Assembly (NCBI GenBank): GCA_000934665.2
Contig: JYFJ02001450.1
Span: forward strand, 59,734 to 79,733
Reading direction: 5' to 3'
Source of the DNA: Catajapyx aquilonaris
Lineage: Eukaryota
DNA length: 20,000 bases
Shown here: positions 1-14,100 of the stretch, one piece after another
Numbering within the stretch: the first letter of the stretch is position 1
How the letters are laid out: each line of letters begins with the position of its first letter
Notes under the pieces: generated by a model
Database searches by the model: none
What the model saw: the letters and a program-made list of their open reading frames with translations, nothing else
What the model was told of the DNA's origin: nothing
Translations under genes and position numbers: made by a program

Positions 1-939
1 TACTTGCTGACATTGTTTTTAAAGGGCTGAGTAGATAGAAAATTATGATGAAAATTGTATGGCTTGAGGATGAAGAAACTTATTGCATTTGTTGGGTTGG
101 GGGCAAGGGTAAATGATTGGGAGAAAATGACTGCTTGAAGGTGAGAAAAGTTATTGCGTCGTGCACCGGCCGTAATAGCAATTAGGGAGCTACAAAAACG
201 TTTCAAATTGCTGGGAATTAATAAGGACACCGATAATTACACGGGGCATCGCAAAACCTATGCAGGCTCGTAAAATACCTACCTCATGTGGCGTACGTTA
301 TTGATATTATTGCGAGTAACAGTGACAATAATATTGTTAGTAAAGGCCGTTACACGCTACGCAAAGAACAATCTTTAGCGTTGACACAAAACGTATAGTA
401 CTGCGTATAGTTTTGTTCCCTGCTTAGGCAAAAAGGCTCTTTTGAAAGGAGGATCCCTTTCGACGCCTCTTCTCCTCATTACGTTCCCAATTGGTCATTT
501 CGAGAGGCAATCCTCTCGTTCCTCCGGGGTCAAGTCTCTCCTTGGGGACATTCGAGGCGATATCAAAGGCTCAAATTACAAGGCAGAATAGTCTGAGCAA
601 AACCAGTTGAGCAGGAGCCAGGACCAGGATGAAAGAATTACCCGCCTCATATTACACTAGCTATAGAGCATCATCGGTTTTTTGAATAACTTACAAGCTA
701 TAGCTGACGAGGACAACCCCGCTATCAAACTAGAAAGGTGCGCCGCGTTCCCACAAGGTCTCTGAATATTGGATTGCAAAAGTGACATAACCTATGGGTG
801 GGTGTGGAGTGACTTATTCCTCAAACGTGCGTTGTTGCGTGTTCCAGGACAATTACATGGAACGACGCCCTCACGTCCTATAATAAAAGAGATGGAGGTG
901 TTTCTTGAAGAATGCCCATCTTCGAATATACTTTCAGCT

Positions 940-1110
940 TGGGGTCCATTATGAGCAGCAAACATAAAGCCCTCACTTTCAGACTCGGCTATGGATTGGC
1001 AAAGGAATCCAAGCGTGACTTTTGGGGAGATCAAGCTCGATGTGGCGGAAGAAAACGGGATCAGTTTTATGATCTGAGGTCGGAAGGGCTTTATGTTGCA
1101 TCTAGAGCTT
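940..1110 (-). mobile_element. Possible decayed fragment of an RLE-type (R4/Dong-like) non-LTR retrotransposon
   Basis: The - strand gives VFFRHIE / SPKVTLGFL / SESEGFMFAA in shifted frames, resembling the 'L.SETEGF..A.QD' motif upstream of the zinc knuckle in these elements. Frameshifted and weak. Confidence 0.3.
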
Positions 1111-4100
1111 TATGTTGTTGGCGGCTACTTGTTCATAGAGTGGAAGGGGGATTAAGATCAGGGAGAAGCGTTTTGTAGTGGGAGGATGGAAAGTGCAGTA
1201 GGAGATGGGTCTGGATGATCCCAAGGCTTGGAGGGAAGCACTGCACTGGCTTGGATAGTCTAATGTTGTGTCTAGAATAATCAGTTACACAGCTGGATGA
1301 GAGAACTTTATCAGTGCTACTTTAATGAGAAATTGTCTGCAAGGAGGAATGTATACAGTTCAAATCTTCAGAGATAAATTTAAAAATGAAGTGTGTAAAA
1401 TACCAGGAAGTACTGGACACAAATAGATTTTCTGAGAAAAGAAGCAACGTCCACAGTTACATTCTAAATATTAAGGCACGTACGTTTGAGAAGCAATGAC
1501 TTGAAACCTTTTAAAATCAGCAAAAAAAACATGTTGAGAGAGAGGAAATGATACCTGATACTTGTATACCAGGAAGCTATTATCATCTTATTTATTTGTT
1601 TACAGCAGTCTTTAATTATTATTTTACTGATTAGCATTTCTTTGTTTTTTCAGGAAGAGTGATTTGTCTGGCTGAGACATTTGTCGTATAACTGCGATAG
1701 GAGACTGGGGAAAAAAACTGACAAAATCAGTCAACTGGAAATGAATCAATATTGATCGTGACCATTTCTGCAGAACCACAACAGTTCTGTTGGCAAATAT
1801 AATTTTTTGCCCTCGTGCTTAATCAAATAAAACGCTCATGCTGCTAAACTCCCACACTCTATCGCAAAGTATACTGTACAATATTGACCAATTGAAGGCG
1901 CATAGAGCAGTGTCTTGCATTACATTAATAATTACAATATTGATCACTGTTTCTATTGAGAATTTTGTATTACTCAATAGATGTCAGGATTTAAATAACC
2001 ATTCAGAATGACTTGGCATGGCAATCCGTGTGCCATTTATTGCAAAGCACTTGACATGGTACTCTATTATTCTTCCTAATTGTGAATCCTATAACCATAC
2101 GGCATGTAGCAAGTTCAAAGTCTAATTCCTGACCCAGCATGTGAATGACTGAATCATAAAATATGCATGCAGTTTATACGTGTAGCTTGGCTTACAGTAA
2201 GAGAAACTTTCCTAATTACGATTGGAATCTTATAGTTGAAATCGCCCACCTTCCTTTTTTGCGTTTCTTGAGCATAAGGCAAGTAACGATTTAAGCTGTG
2301 TACATTATTACCATGACAGGCACTTCTGTTTATGTTCCTAAACTCATGAACAATTCACATATTGCTTCCTTGGTGCTTAAAATGTTACCAGTTGCAGGGA
2401 ACATTTTTTTTGCACCAAGTAAGTGCTGTCATTATATTATTTTAATATCATTACTACTCCCATAAGCTGCTTCAGAGCTTCACTGTAATGCACAAGGACA
2501 ACCGTGTTTAAACAGCATTTAATAAAAGGCAAACCACCAGGAAGCACGACTCGTGGATGTAGTAGCATTCTGACGTTTTTTTTTTACTGTAATGGTATAC
2601 TCAGTGGCAAAGCAGTCAGTGCAAACTGATTTAGCTGAACAATTCACAAGTTATCACCCATATGACAGACCTGCGTAAGATGTCCAGTAGGCCTATAGTA
2701 CGACCAAAATCTTTGTGTGCTTGGACCTTGCCAGTGAATAGATTGATATTGCTGTCCGAAAAGGTAGGAGAAACACTCGCAGTAATGACAACGACAAGTT
2801 CGTGCAACGAATTTCGACCAGATGCATGTGAAAGGATGAAAGCAAAAAAGACTTTCTCGTGCTGTTGTAATCACGTAGTCATCCCATATGACAAAGTGAG
2901 CTTCTGACTCGTGAAGGGGCTAACCCTGCATGACACTTCAGTCGGATGCAGCAGGCGGTGGTGTTCAAGTGCTGTAACATGATTCAAAATAAAGGTATTC
3001 ACGTTCAGTATTCTCTCTGCATCAGACCGGATAATTATGAGAATGAGATACATTATTTGGGCCCTGACTGGTTTAAAAAAAATGATTAGGCCTACCATAA
3101 TGAGAAGCTTGCTTTCATTCAAAGTATATTATGCTGATGTGGTTCGCTATTAATTTCTAATGATGAGAGGGCAAGACCGATGTATAAAACATTACTCCCG
3201 GTTACAAAAAGGGATGATAAAATTTTTTGCGCATTCAATTTGAGTTCCTAGAATATATTACAACATTATAGTGACTTAGGGTGAATTACAACCGTAGAGG
3301 ATTTATCGTACCGCATACGTGCTGAAGCATTAAGGCATTATGAACTGTATTTAGTAAGATATATTAGGAGGGTATGTAAATGAGGATTTAGGCGTTTTTT
3401 GTAAGATAATAATCTTCTCGCCATATTGATTGCCAAAATTTAATTTGCCAAGTTTATCGCGGAAGGGCCTAGAGGTGGCATATCAATAAGAGTGTGTCTC
3501 AAATGACTGATGATCTGACTTTTTATTAGCACTGTTACCTAGTCCTAGCAATTAATAACTGCCGGAGCAAAAGGACCGCATTGTGTGCGACTGTGCAACG
3601 AATGTCGCCGTTTTGCAAATGATCCCAAGGGAGGAATAAATCACACGGCTTCATTCAACAGAACAGCGTTTAATGGTACTTCACCCGAGACAAGAAACAG
3701 TTGTAATACCCTCGTGTTAGACAATATAAAGCATCGCCGATCCTAAAACGCCAACAAGTGCTGTTGATCCATGCCTGCCTTTAAATTGCCTAAACTTTTA
3801 GAGACTTTCTCCATTGATCGGCCAAGCTAAGCTCGTGTTGAAGAAGAGCTGCGAGGAGAAAAAGTACACGATATGAAAAAAAGTTCGTTTGATTCTGGCC
3901 TGGCATGCACCAAAGTGTGTATGCAATCGCCTACAACAATATGTTAAAAATTTGTGAACACTAACGCCGTATCGTTTTGTTAAAATAAATGTTCAAACTA
4001 TTTTAAGCAATTCTTTGCATTGCGTGACTAAAGAGCTGGTAGCTGACTGAAATTAATCGAACCAAAAAAAGCATAGAATTTACAACTTATTCGACAGGAA

Positions 4101-5075
4101 TAATTATTATTAATAACCTACTGAAAGTTTTAGAGTCTCTTTTAATGCAGCTGATTACTGTAATCAAGATTAATCAATGCAACATACAGTACGTATCAGG
4201 GAAAAAATACTTCCGCAAGGATTTTCGTCATTCAACTATTGAATTCAATTGCATCCGCCCATATGCGGACATATTTTAGGAAGTTCATATAATTGCTTTA
4301 CTTGCTTACTAGCCTAATAAATTACGAGCTACAACGAGTACAACGAGAACCCCGCATTATAAAACGCTTCTGAAGGCACGTAACAACTTGTGTATTTACA
4401 AGAACACTTTTAATTACTCCTTTGAGTAATTTCCTTCACGCTTTGGTGCCCTTCCCTAAGTTGTTTTATCTCTCAGTAAGCCGACCTTAGATGCAAAAGA
4501 AATATATACTGCATTTATTGGACCGTTGAAAATTGTATTTAAAGGATTTCAAACATTTGAGTGAGAGGAACCAAGCAAGTAGATTAGATTCCCCGTTAAT
4601 CTAGAGAATGATTTAGATACAATGACATGTATTTAGCTTGAGTGGCGAGCATGTGATGAGGTCTCGCCTAGAAGTGGCAGCAACTTGGTCCAGTTTTTTT
4701 TTTCTTTCTGCTCACCAACTCGACCCTTCCTCGTTCATCTTTTTTTAAAACTCTTTTTCCCGGGTCCACTCTACACGCTCGGCACAATCTCGCAGCATCC
4801 CGAGGGCATCACTTTCCAGCTGTCATCAAATGCAGTTGGTTGAAGTTATCCCGCCAATTAGGTTAATGGTCAATCCGCAGAAGCGGGTGATGTAACAAGC
4901 ATTAGCTGCATTAGTCCACTTGTTTATAGTCGCTATACCAAGAAAAAAAAATATTTCCACACTTTTGCCCTTAAACTTTTCTGGGAGGTAAGGGTGGCAA
5001 CTGTGGCGCATGGAGATGACCTGTGACCCCTTGAGGAAAAAAGGGGATAGGGACAGAGCTCATTCTGTGGCCAAG

Positions 5076-5147
5076 ATGCCTTCCAGGGTGGTGGTGTGGG
5101 CGTTGCATCTCCTCGGCTGCTGTGTGTGCCAGATTCATCTATCCCAC
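5076..5147 (+). CDS. SVEP1: SVEP1-like exon 1 (putative signal peptide)
   Basis: aagATG MPSRVVVWALHLLGCCVCQIHLSH then GTAACT donor, phase 0, matching the phase-0 acceptor at 6396. In-frame upstream ATGs at 5010 and 5016 are also possible. Confidence 0.65.
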
Positions 5148-8100
5148 GTAACTGATGGACCACATTCATAAGCTGAGGATCTCAGTGTTCAGGATAAGCT
5201 TCCCTTTTGAGACGAGTAGAGCTTATGATTGTTTTTCGCATTTTCTTGGATCGCATGGTAGGCTACTGCCTGTGATAAGAGCTTTAGACCAGATATTTTT
5301 AGGCATTTTAGTATGATTAATGTGAATTTTGCTAGAGACGGGATGCAATCATCTTGTAATCTAGTCTACGGTTTTTTGTGTGTGTGCATGAATGTATGTT
5401 TGTTCTCAACGAACGTCAATATGAAGTATTCTGATTCTAGGATCTAGGACAGCATGCGATGTTTGCAAATTTTGCGCATTACGAGTGTTTTCATATGCAA
5501 ATAACGCACGCCACAAAATAATGTTTATTTGACAACTTCCCTGATCACTATATTTGATTAAAATACTCTTCCAGTCATCCCGTCCCCGTCACCTCTGCTT
5601 GGCCGGGTCTTTTTCCGCTTTTCACCCGACATGCCGGAGCAGAATTGCACTTCCTTCTCTGCTCGGGGCCAGGAGAAAAGGCCTGGTGTTAAAGAATGTC
5701 AGAAATGGCTATCGCACGGCGCCCTCCCTTGGGAACTTCCCCTTTCCCCCTAAGAGGGCCTCGAAAATAAATAAATAAATAAATAAAATAAAAATACTCT
5801 TCCAGTCGATGCAACAGCGGACAGTGTAATGATAATAAATGAGGTCGTAAGGCTACGTCGGGCCAATCTCTAAAAAAACTTAAATTTTCAGTGTAATGAT
5901 AATGTGGTCGGCTCGACTATACTCATCGAATCTTTATGCAAGTAGGCGTCTACTGTAACATTGCTACGAAACGTGTGGCTGGAGAATCGGCTACAATTAC
6001 ATGTGGGAAATTTGGCACAGAATCGTTGAGTGATTAGGATAATTGAAAACATAAAAAAACAGCCACGAAAAAGATATGTGTGTGTACATACGTACTACAT
6101 CTCAAAAAATGTGTGGAAATTGCGCGAGAACAAAATAAAGGTGTGATATTTTATTTTCCAAATCATTAGATTAGAGCCTATTTATGATTATGCGAAGAGC
6201 ACATATTTATCCCTGATTTCTGCTTCTAACGGCTGTTAGTTCCATTCTAGCAGCTTTCTTGATGTAAATGGTTTAGTCTACACTGTTGCCCATATGACGT
6301 CAATTCCATTATCCAGCAGTTTAATGAACTGTAGGCAACTGTAGGCCTATGTCTTACAGTCAGACGCCTTTTTTCAACTCCGCGCCTCATTTCAGTCTCA
6401 GACACTTGACCCGGTGCCTTCGACATCACCCATGATCTACGACCTGGATGCCCAAGCTTTGTCCCTGAGGTCAGCAGTGACCCGACTCCGAGGTCAACAC
6501 GAGACCGAGCTGGTGTTTCTCCTGGACTCGTCTTCATCCGTGGGCAAAGAGAACTTCCAGGCCGAGCTTCGTTTCGTGCGAAGACTTCTGGCCGACTTCA
6601 CCGTTTCACCTGAAGCAGCCCGTGTAGCCGTGGTGGTCTTTTCTTCAAAAAAGATGGTCCAGACCCACGTGGACCAGTTGGCAACCCCTGGGCTCAAGTG
6701 CGACCTTCTCCACATGCTCAATGTGGCATATACAGGAGGAGGCACCTACACACTTGGGGCTTTCCTGCAAGCAAATGTAAAATACACTTTCCCTATCTCT
6801 AATTAGTATTTTTTGTCCCACAACTGTAGATCCACCGCTCTCTTAATTAGTGATGTTAATTAAACGCGTTTAAAGGCAGTGCTGTCAATCTTTAAAGTGT
6901 TTTAAAATGCGACAAAAATCGGCGACAAATTGCCCTTAGATCACTAGGCTAGTTAAGAGGCACAATTTACAGCCTACTAGGAGCCATAAAGCCTTATCGT
7001 CACCGGTATAGTTATTTAACATGCATGCCGTAAATTAGACGCATGTCATTTCCCTCAGCTGCCAACATTTTTCGTGTAAATCATGAGCCGACGTCTATTC
7101 ATCAGGCCATATTGCAACATAGTCGACCGGACGCTGCCCGAGCCATATTCCTGGTGACTGATGGCTACTCCAACGCGGGCGATCCGGTACCGGCTGCGGT
7201 ACAGCTGCGGCATGACCACGTCGAAGTCTTCACCTTTGGCATACGGAACGGAAACGTTGCCGAGCTCATGGCCATGTCTTCTCATCCAGTCTCAGAACAC
7301 ACTTTTCTGCTCGACTCATTCCACCAGTTTGAAGCACTAGCTCGACGGGCTCTTCACCAAGGTGGGTTAAACAACACTAATGATTACTCGTATTATAATA
7401 ATTATTGTAATTATTGCAGATCTTCAGTCTGGTGGATATGTGGTCCAAAATGCGTCGATTTGCAAGGAGCTGTGTTATGCGACGGATGGCGATTGTTGTG
7501 ACGAGAGTGCCAGTTGCGTCTGTGGTGTTCACTCTGGAGTGTACTCCTGTGCGTGTCCTCCAGGCCACTTCGGATCCGGAATGTTAGGAGACTGCCATCG
7601 TAAGTAACAAAAACAAAGTTAAAACAAAAAAATAACAATCACATTACACGTCGCCAGAAGAGCAACAGGTGCCAACCGCAAATATCATTTGTGGCAGGCT
7701 CATTATGCCAGAATAAAGTTTCGAGGTTATTTTCACGTGCGCATGTGCATGTGGCGGTTAATTAAAAATGAGGATAATTTTTTCCAGCCTGCCCTCCGGG
7801 AACATTTCGAGATGAAGTTGGCCCCGCTGACGAATCCTCATGTAAAAGCTGCCCAGATCCTCACCAAATGTCAGCCAGTGGTTCAACAACACCCACTGAT
7901 TGCTACTGCTCCCAGGGATACACGCCCACGGACACCGGATGTGCCGGTTAGAGAATTTGTGAAAATTTATTCACGCTGTGACTTTAACACATGTTTCCAG
8001 AAAAAAACACACGCAAATTTGACCCCATCTGAGCGAGGTTAGGGGCACCCTTCAAGGGGCCATTCAAATCTATTCTGGATGTGCTTGATGCTCCTGGAGT

Positions 8101-11100
8101 AAGGTCCGTAGATCTCGAGCTGGTAATCACGGTTGGTACCAAGACGACCGTACTCTGCGTACGTTGTAGGGGGGCAAGGTGGCATCTTCTTCTCCGGGGG
8201 AGGTTCAGTAGCGGCAATGACGTCGGCTACCCCTGATCGACGCTGACTCATCAACAGAAGGTCCTGCACTATCTGGGTAGTCTCTTTGGTTTCGGAGATA
8301 CGCTTCTTCTCTTCCAGACTCTTGAACAGGTCTCTGACAGGGAGATATATTTGTTAAACACACTCGTAGCAACAATGAACGGATTCCAGATAGTTAGGTC
8401 TACAGTAGAAATATTATTCAAACACGTCTTCACTGTAGATATGAGCTAAATTATTGGACACACTGCACAACTCGATTTTTTTCCTCTTCATTTTCTTAAA
8501 GTGATAAAAATTTGTGCAATTTTGCTACGATGATCCACATTTTGTTGTTACTTACTTGTAGTGCTCTTGGACGAACCCCCAGCTTGAACGCCAATAACGT
8601 GCGGTTTTGGCCTCATGGGCGATCAGGTCGCGCCAAATTTGGTCTTGTCCAACCTGGTTGTATTTGTCGAGCTCGAAATCTGTTATCTTGGCGCCGGCCA
8701 TGACTGGAACTTTTTGTGAGACAATTTTGCGCTGAAAAGTTTAGCCTAGCTGGCGTGGGAGTCTCTTGGTAACCGGTCGCCACAGCTAACAATGAGGCAA
8801 AACTGTCATTGTTGGTCACGCACAGTCCAGAAAAAATTACGATTAGGGCCTATACTGTATATTACGATTAGACTACTATTTTCTCTTTGAACACAAAGTA
8901 GTGTATTCATTGCTCATAACGTCATAAGTATCGTAATGTACCCAACGGGCCATAATTATGACTATAGGCTACCTACGATATAGGGTAGTTTTGCTCAAGC
9001 TGATCGATGATACGCCAAAAACAATTTATATCTGCAAAATATGCAGCAACAGGGAGTCACTCCACACGCCCTTCCCACATATTTTTGCAGCCGAGTTTCT
9101 GATATCTGACGGGTGTCATACCCTGTACGTCACGGCCTGCGAAAGGAAGGTTGTTGGTGCTGGATAATTGAATCGATCAGTGTTTGGAGTAAGCCATCAA
9201 ATGAGAAATTCAGTTAGGACTTAAGAGAATATGTACGAGTAAGCTTAATAAGATGAGCTACATGGCGCAAGAAGAAACACACATAATTAGCACACAAGTC
9301 TGGAGACATTAATTTATTATTCTATAAGACCGTACTGTACATCTTTCACTGTTGATGGAATTAGTCAAATTATTATTTTGTCGCATTCTTGGGGAAAAAA
9401 TGTAATATAGTTGTTATCAAATATCAGTAGCAAAAATACTTTTAAACCATAATTTTTATTTAATTTTTATTGAAAATTATTTATATTTAGATATACTACT
9501 TAGGGCAAATTAAATGTAATTCTTGCTGAGTTTTTGACCATAGGCTATTCGTCAACAGTGCACGATCGCTGCATGCTTATCTGATTTCAAATCACTAAAG
9601 CCTACTAACAATGACACATCCGCATTATTCTCTAAGCTTATTGTTACTCAGCAGAGCAACATTGTGCAGATTATTAATTATTAATTACTAGCGTAAAGTT
9701 ATGGATATTTTCAGCATAGCACTAGAACAAAACAGGTCATTTATTATAAAGCCTCTACATGTTTACTTGAAATAATGCGCGTTAGCTCTCGAGCAATTAT
9801 GAACATGCAATTTCATATCACGTTATTGCAAAATATGCAGTGCTTGTAGTCCACCTCATTATGAACCCAACACAGAATAAAATGTACTCTCAGTCCAATG
9901 GGCCGGAAAATCAATGTTTAAAGTAAGTCTACATTAAATAGATCCGTATTACGCACCCACCACCGCTCATTTAATGAAACCCTACGGCAAGTGTACAGTA
10001 CTTTTAATTATTCATTTCAGCCGTCCAATGTCCCCCTCTTCCTCCGATTCCGAACGGCTACTTCGTCCACGGCGAATGCTTGTCCGAATTTCCGTCCGTC
10101 TGCACCATCCGCTGCCGTACCGGGTTCAGGCTGTCAGGAAGCGACGTCCTGGTGTGCTCCTCCGACGGCACGTGGACTGGCAACATCCCACGCTGCATAG
10201 GTAGGTAGGTCAACATTGCAGATCCGGCACATTTACTAATGGTCATGCTTCATGATGCATCGTGTGATTCCAGCCGTTGATTGTCCTCCTCTCCGGGCTC
10301 CCCGTAACGGAGCGATGGACTGCGACCAGCCCAGTGGTGACCATCATCAACAGTGTCGCTTCACATGCGACCAAGGGTACGCTCTGGTGGGTGTCCATCG
10401 ACATACCTGTCTCCCTGGAGGGACCTGGGATGGCGTCACAACTTTGTGCAGGCGTGAGTATACAGCACCTACACATTCATCGGACCATATTTTAAAGTGT
10501 TGAAACACTGATTACTCACTGTGTTAAAAATAGACAATGTAATGTGAAAAAGGACGTTTAAAATGGGATAGTTCTACTCGTAGCATACATGCTGATATTC
10601 GCTGATCATTGCAGCTTTTTGTTGGCGCAAATAAAATATTCGCGCGCGTGTGTACTGTAATGTCAAAAAAGCATTTTGTTCGCAAAACCATGAATATATT
10701 GTAAATGTAGGTTAGCTCTGCAGTGCAGTGTACTCGTATATGAGTTAATCAAAATGGAATAAAATCCTCACCGAAAGTACGGTTCTATAATAATAATGTG
10801 TGAAAAGTGCTCACTTGCAAACGAAGCACTGCAGAGCAGATTTTAGGGTCATAACTTCATTTGAATGAAGAGCTTTACAGTTTTGCAAAAAAAACAAAAA
10901 AAAACATAATGACCAGAAACCACATCCGAGGCTTAGCTTGCAATTTATTAACATAAAATAATGAGCGTGCAAGAGAAGGGTGCTCTGAATCGATCGCATC
11001 ATGTGCTGTATACTGATTGTAAAAGATTAGAGATGCTCTCTGATGACTGAATTCTCTTTCCAGCTGTGTTGTGCCAACCGTTGAACCTGCCCCAACCTCT

Positions 11101-14100
11101 GAGTGTCACAACACGGTGTACGGTGACTAAAGTACAGTACGGAACCACATGCGACATCGGTTGTCTTCCCGGATTCAAGCTTGAAGGAGCTCCAAATGTG
11201 ACCTGCATCGGACACGGATTCTGGAGTGAAGATCTGGACACTTTGAGGTGTGTGGACCATGTTCCTCCTGAGATTATGTGTCCTGATGACCTGGCCGTGG
11301 ACGCTGCGGAGGACGAGTCTTGGGCGCTGGTCAGGTGGGACATACCGGTACCTGTGGACAACTCAGGACTAGTGACCATCACTAGGGCCATCCCGAGCGT
11401 GTCCCCGCCCAGGAAGATGCCAATCGGGATCCATGATGTGACATACATTTCTCAGGATGTGTTTGAAAACGAGGCGAACTGCACCTTCCGCATATCTGTC
11501 ACAGGTAACACCATTTTACTGTACTTACTGCTACATAACCTGATCAATTATTTACATGCTCAGACCGCCAACCACCCAAAGCAGAAGACTGTATTTCACC
11601 TCCGCCCTTTTTATCGAGTGACCCAAACGTGGAGCTGCAATGGGAAGAGCCCACATTTTGGGACAATTCAGGTCAAGAGGTTGTGGTCACCCGGTATCCA
11701 ACCGGCAACACCTTCAAATACGGAACCACCAACGTTACATACAGCGGTACAGACCCTTTTGGAAACACAGTCGAATGCACCATTCAAGTCACCATGCAAG
11801 GTATATGTCCACTATGCTCTCACTAAAGTCAATCGGACAGCGTCCGTAAACGTATTTTATTTGGGACAGAACATGCCTGCGAGCAGATGCCAGACCCTCT
11901 GCATGGTTACTCCAACTGCAGCCGACTTCCAGAAGGACTTGTGTGCACCTTGTCCTGCGAAGATGGATACGCATTCGCACTTAGAGAGCAGCCACTGTAC
12001 TTTTGCGCATTTGACGATGGCTGGGAGCACACCACAAACGTCCTTCCTCTTCCTGACTGCTCTGGTGAGTACAGGCACACTTTTACTATATACACACCTA
12101 ATATAACGTTGCACTTGCCAGTGACGGTACTTCCAACAAGTGTCGCAATGGGAGGAGACCTGGATTTGGACATGATTCTTCCGGAGTTTTGTCACCAACC
12201 GGAACTTCTCGCATTGTTGCTGGAAGGTGTTAGGCACCAGCTGACCGAAAAGGTGCGGGAGTCGTGTCCGGACGGCCTGCGCTGTTCTCTGGACATACAC
12301 GACGCTATGGACACCCTGTGCGGACAAAGGCACAGACGGTCAATCGGCAACAATGTGCTCAAGTTCAACCTGACTGTCGAAGGCGATACGACCAAATTTG
12401 AAGAATTGTCGTCTCGCTTGTCAAAAGAAGAGGTAAAAGTTTTCATCCAGGGACAAAGAGTTTTGGTTGGACGAGTTAAGCCGACAAGGATGTTTCTGAG
12501 TTGCCCGGAAGGATCAACGGCATCGGCTGACAGGCGAAAATGCGGTGAGCGAATTACTTTCTCACAAATTGCTTATTGATCACATGATGCTCACATGTTT
12601 TTTTGGTTCCTTCATCAGTTAAATGCCCTGCCGGATCATACTTTTCTGGAGCTGGAAAATGCTCCAGGTGTCCTAAAGGATCGTACCAGAACTTGCAGGG
12701 TCAGCTGGCTTGCAAAGTGTGTCCGGAGGGAACGTCCACGAAGAAATCCGGACAGAAGAAGAAGGCAAACTGCTCGGGTGAGACAATCCAACGGGCAGTA
12801 CTTGACTTGCGTTTGAAGGTGTGTGTCCTCCCGGCAGGTTTTCTCGTCATGGTCTTGAGCCGTGTCGAGCATGCCGCAAAAGTTGGTTCCAGCCTCTTGA
12901 AGGTTCCTCCAGTTGCTTCAGGTGTCCACGAAAAGCGAGGACACTCAGGAAGGGTTCGACGCGAGCTGGTGACTGCAGAGGTACCTGGTTCCGTCAGTTA
13001 AAATGTTTACATCAATTTACAGCCCGCAAACGTTGCAGATCCGTGTCCTCCGGGCAGTGCTTCTCCAACCGGACTGTCCCCATGTCTTCCGTGTCCTCGT
13101 GGATTTGTCCAGCCCAAAGAAGGACGCACCCTGTGCATTCGGTCGCAAGACCGTACCAAGAGGGTTGAAAACAACTCGTTGTCGTTGATCTCCGCTGCTG
13201 ACGATTGCTTCTCGTCACCTTGCCAATCTGGAGGGACGTGTCGGCCTATGGACGTCGGATTTGTGTGTGTATGTCCGGCAGGATTGTCCGGAAACACTTG
13301 CACCGAAGAGGTTGATCCGTGCCTGTCCTCACCGTGTCTCCGTGCCGGTACATGCCAACATGTACGTGGCGGGCTCCAGTACCGGTGTTTATGTCCCAGA
13401 GGTGTGACAGGATCACGTTGCGAGGTGTTAGACGCATGTGCGTCGTCTCCGTGTAGCAGAGGCGCCACTTGCGTCAACATACCAGGCGGGTTCTTCTGCC
13501 AGTGCAGCATCGGTACGTCCGGAAAACGATGCGAACTGAACGACGACGACTGTGCCGGCGCCACTTGTTTCAACGGCGGAACTTGCGTCGACGGTATCGG
13601 TCGATACACCTGCTTGTGTGCGAGGGGATTCGTTGGGAAGTACTGTGAGGACAGGGTACGGCTGTGCTCTCGAGGTGCCTGTCTGCACAAGGGAGTGTGC
13701 GTCGACACCGACGACGCCGTCGGATTCAGATGCGAATGTCAAGCTAATTACGGCGGTCGTCGTTGCGAGAGAAGAGTGACGGCGTGTCACAGCAATCCAT
13801 GCCCAGAAGGCTCTACTTGCCGGGAAGTACCTGCACGAAGCGGTATTGTCAAGTGCATGTGTCCTCCTGGTCGTACCGGTACCGACTGCCAGATTGGTAA
13901 GTTATAGTTGACGTAGAAATAGAGTTTCGGATCATTCCAACATGTGGCATTTACAGAAGTGGCTGGAAATTTCTCTCTGGTGTTTCCTGTCCCGCGTGTG
14001 ACCAGCGACGTGGTCGTGTTGGACACTGGACTTCGTCGAGACCTGACCCAATTCACGCTGTGCATGTGGATACGGAGCGAAGACAAGCTTCATTACGGGA

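Noticed and set aside
1..160. G/T-skewed stretch as a possible NUMT
   Set aside because: No convincing mitochondrial protein or RNA motif in any frame.
700..740. CTGACGA...GAAA as a hammerhead ribozyme core
   Set aside because: Stem II cannot pair, and stems I and III are absent.
2644..3122. Short ORFs on both strands
   Set aside because: No motifs or consistent splice partners were found.
5822..5903. 15-bp direct repeat CAGTGTAATGATAAT x2
   Set aside because: Only two copies around a ~52-nt spacer with no element hallmarks; likely a local duplication, not a CRISPR array.
11505..12106. C-terminal part of the 346-aa ORF 11066-12106
   Set aside because: It reads through an intron into the wrong frame; the true HYR and sushi sequences continue in other frames after GT-AG introns.
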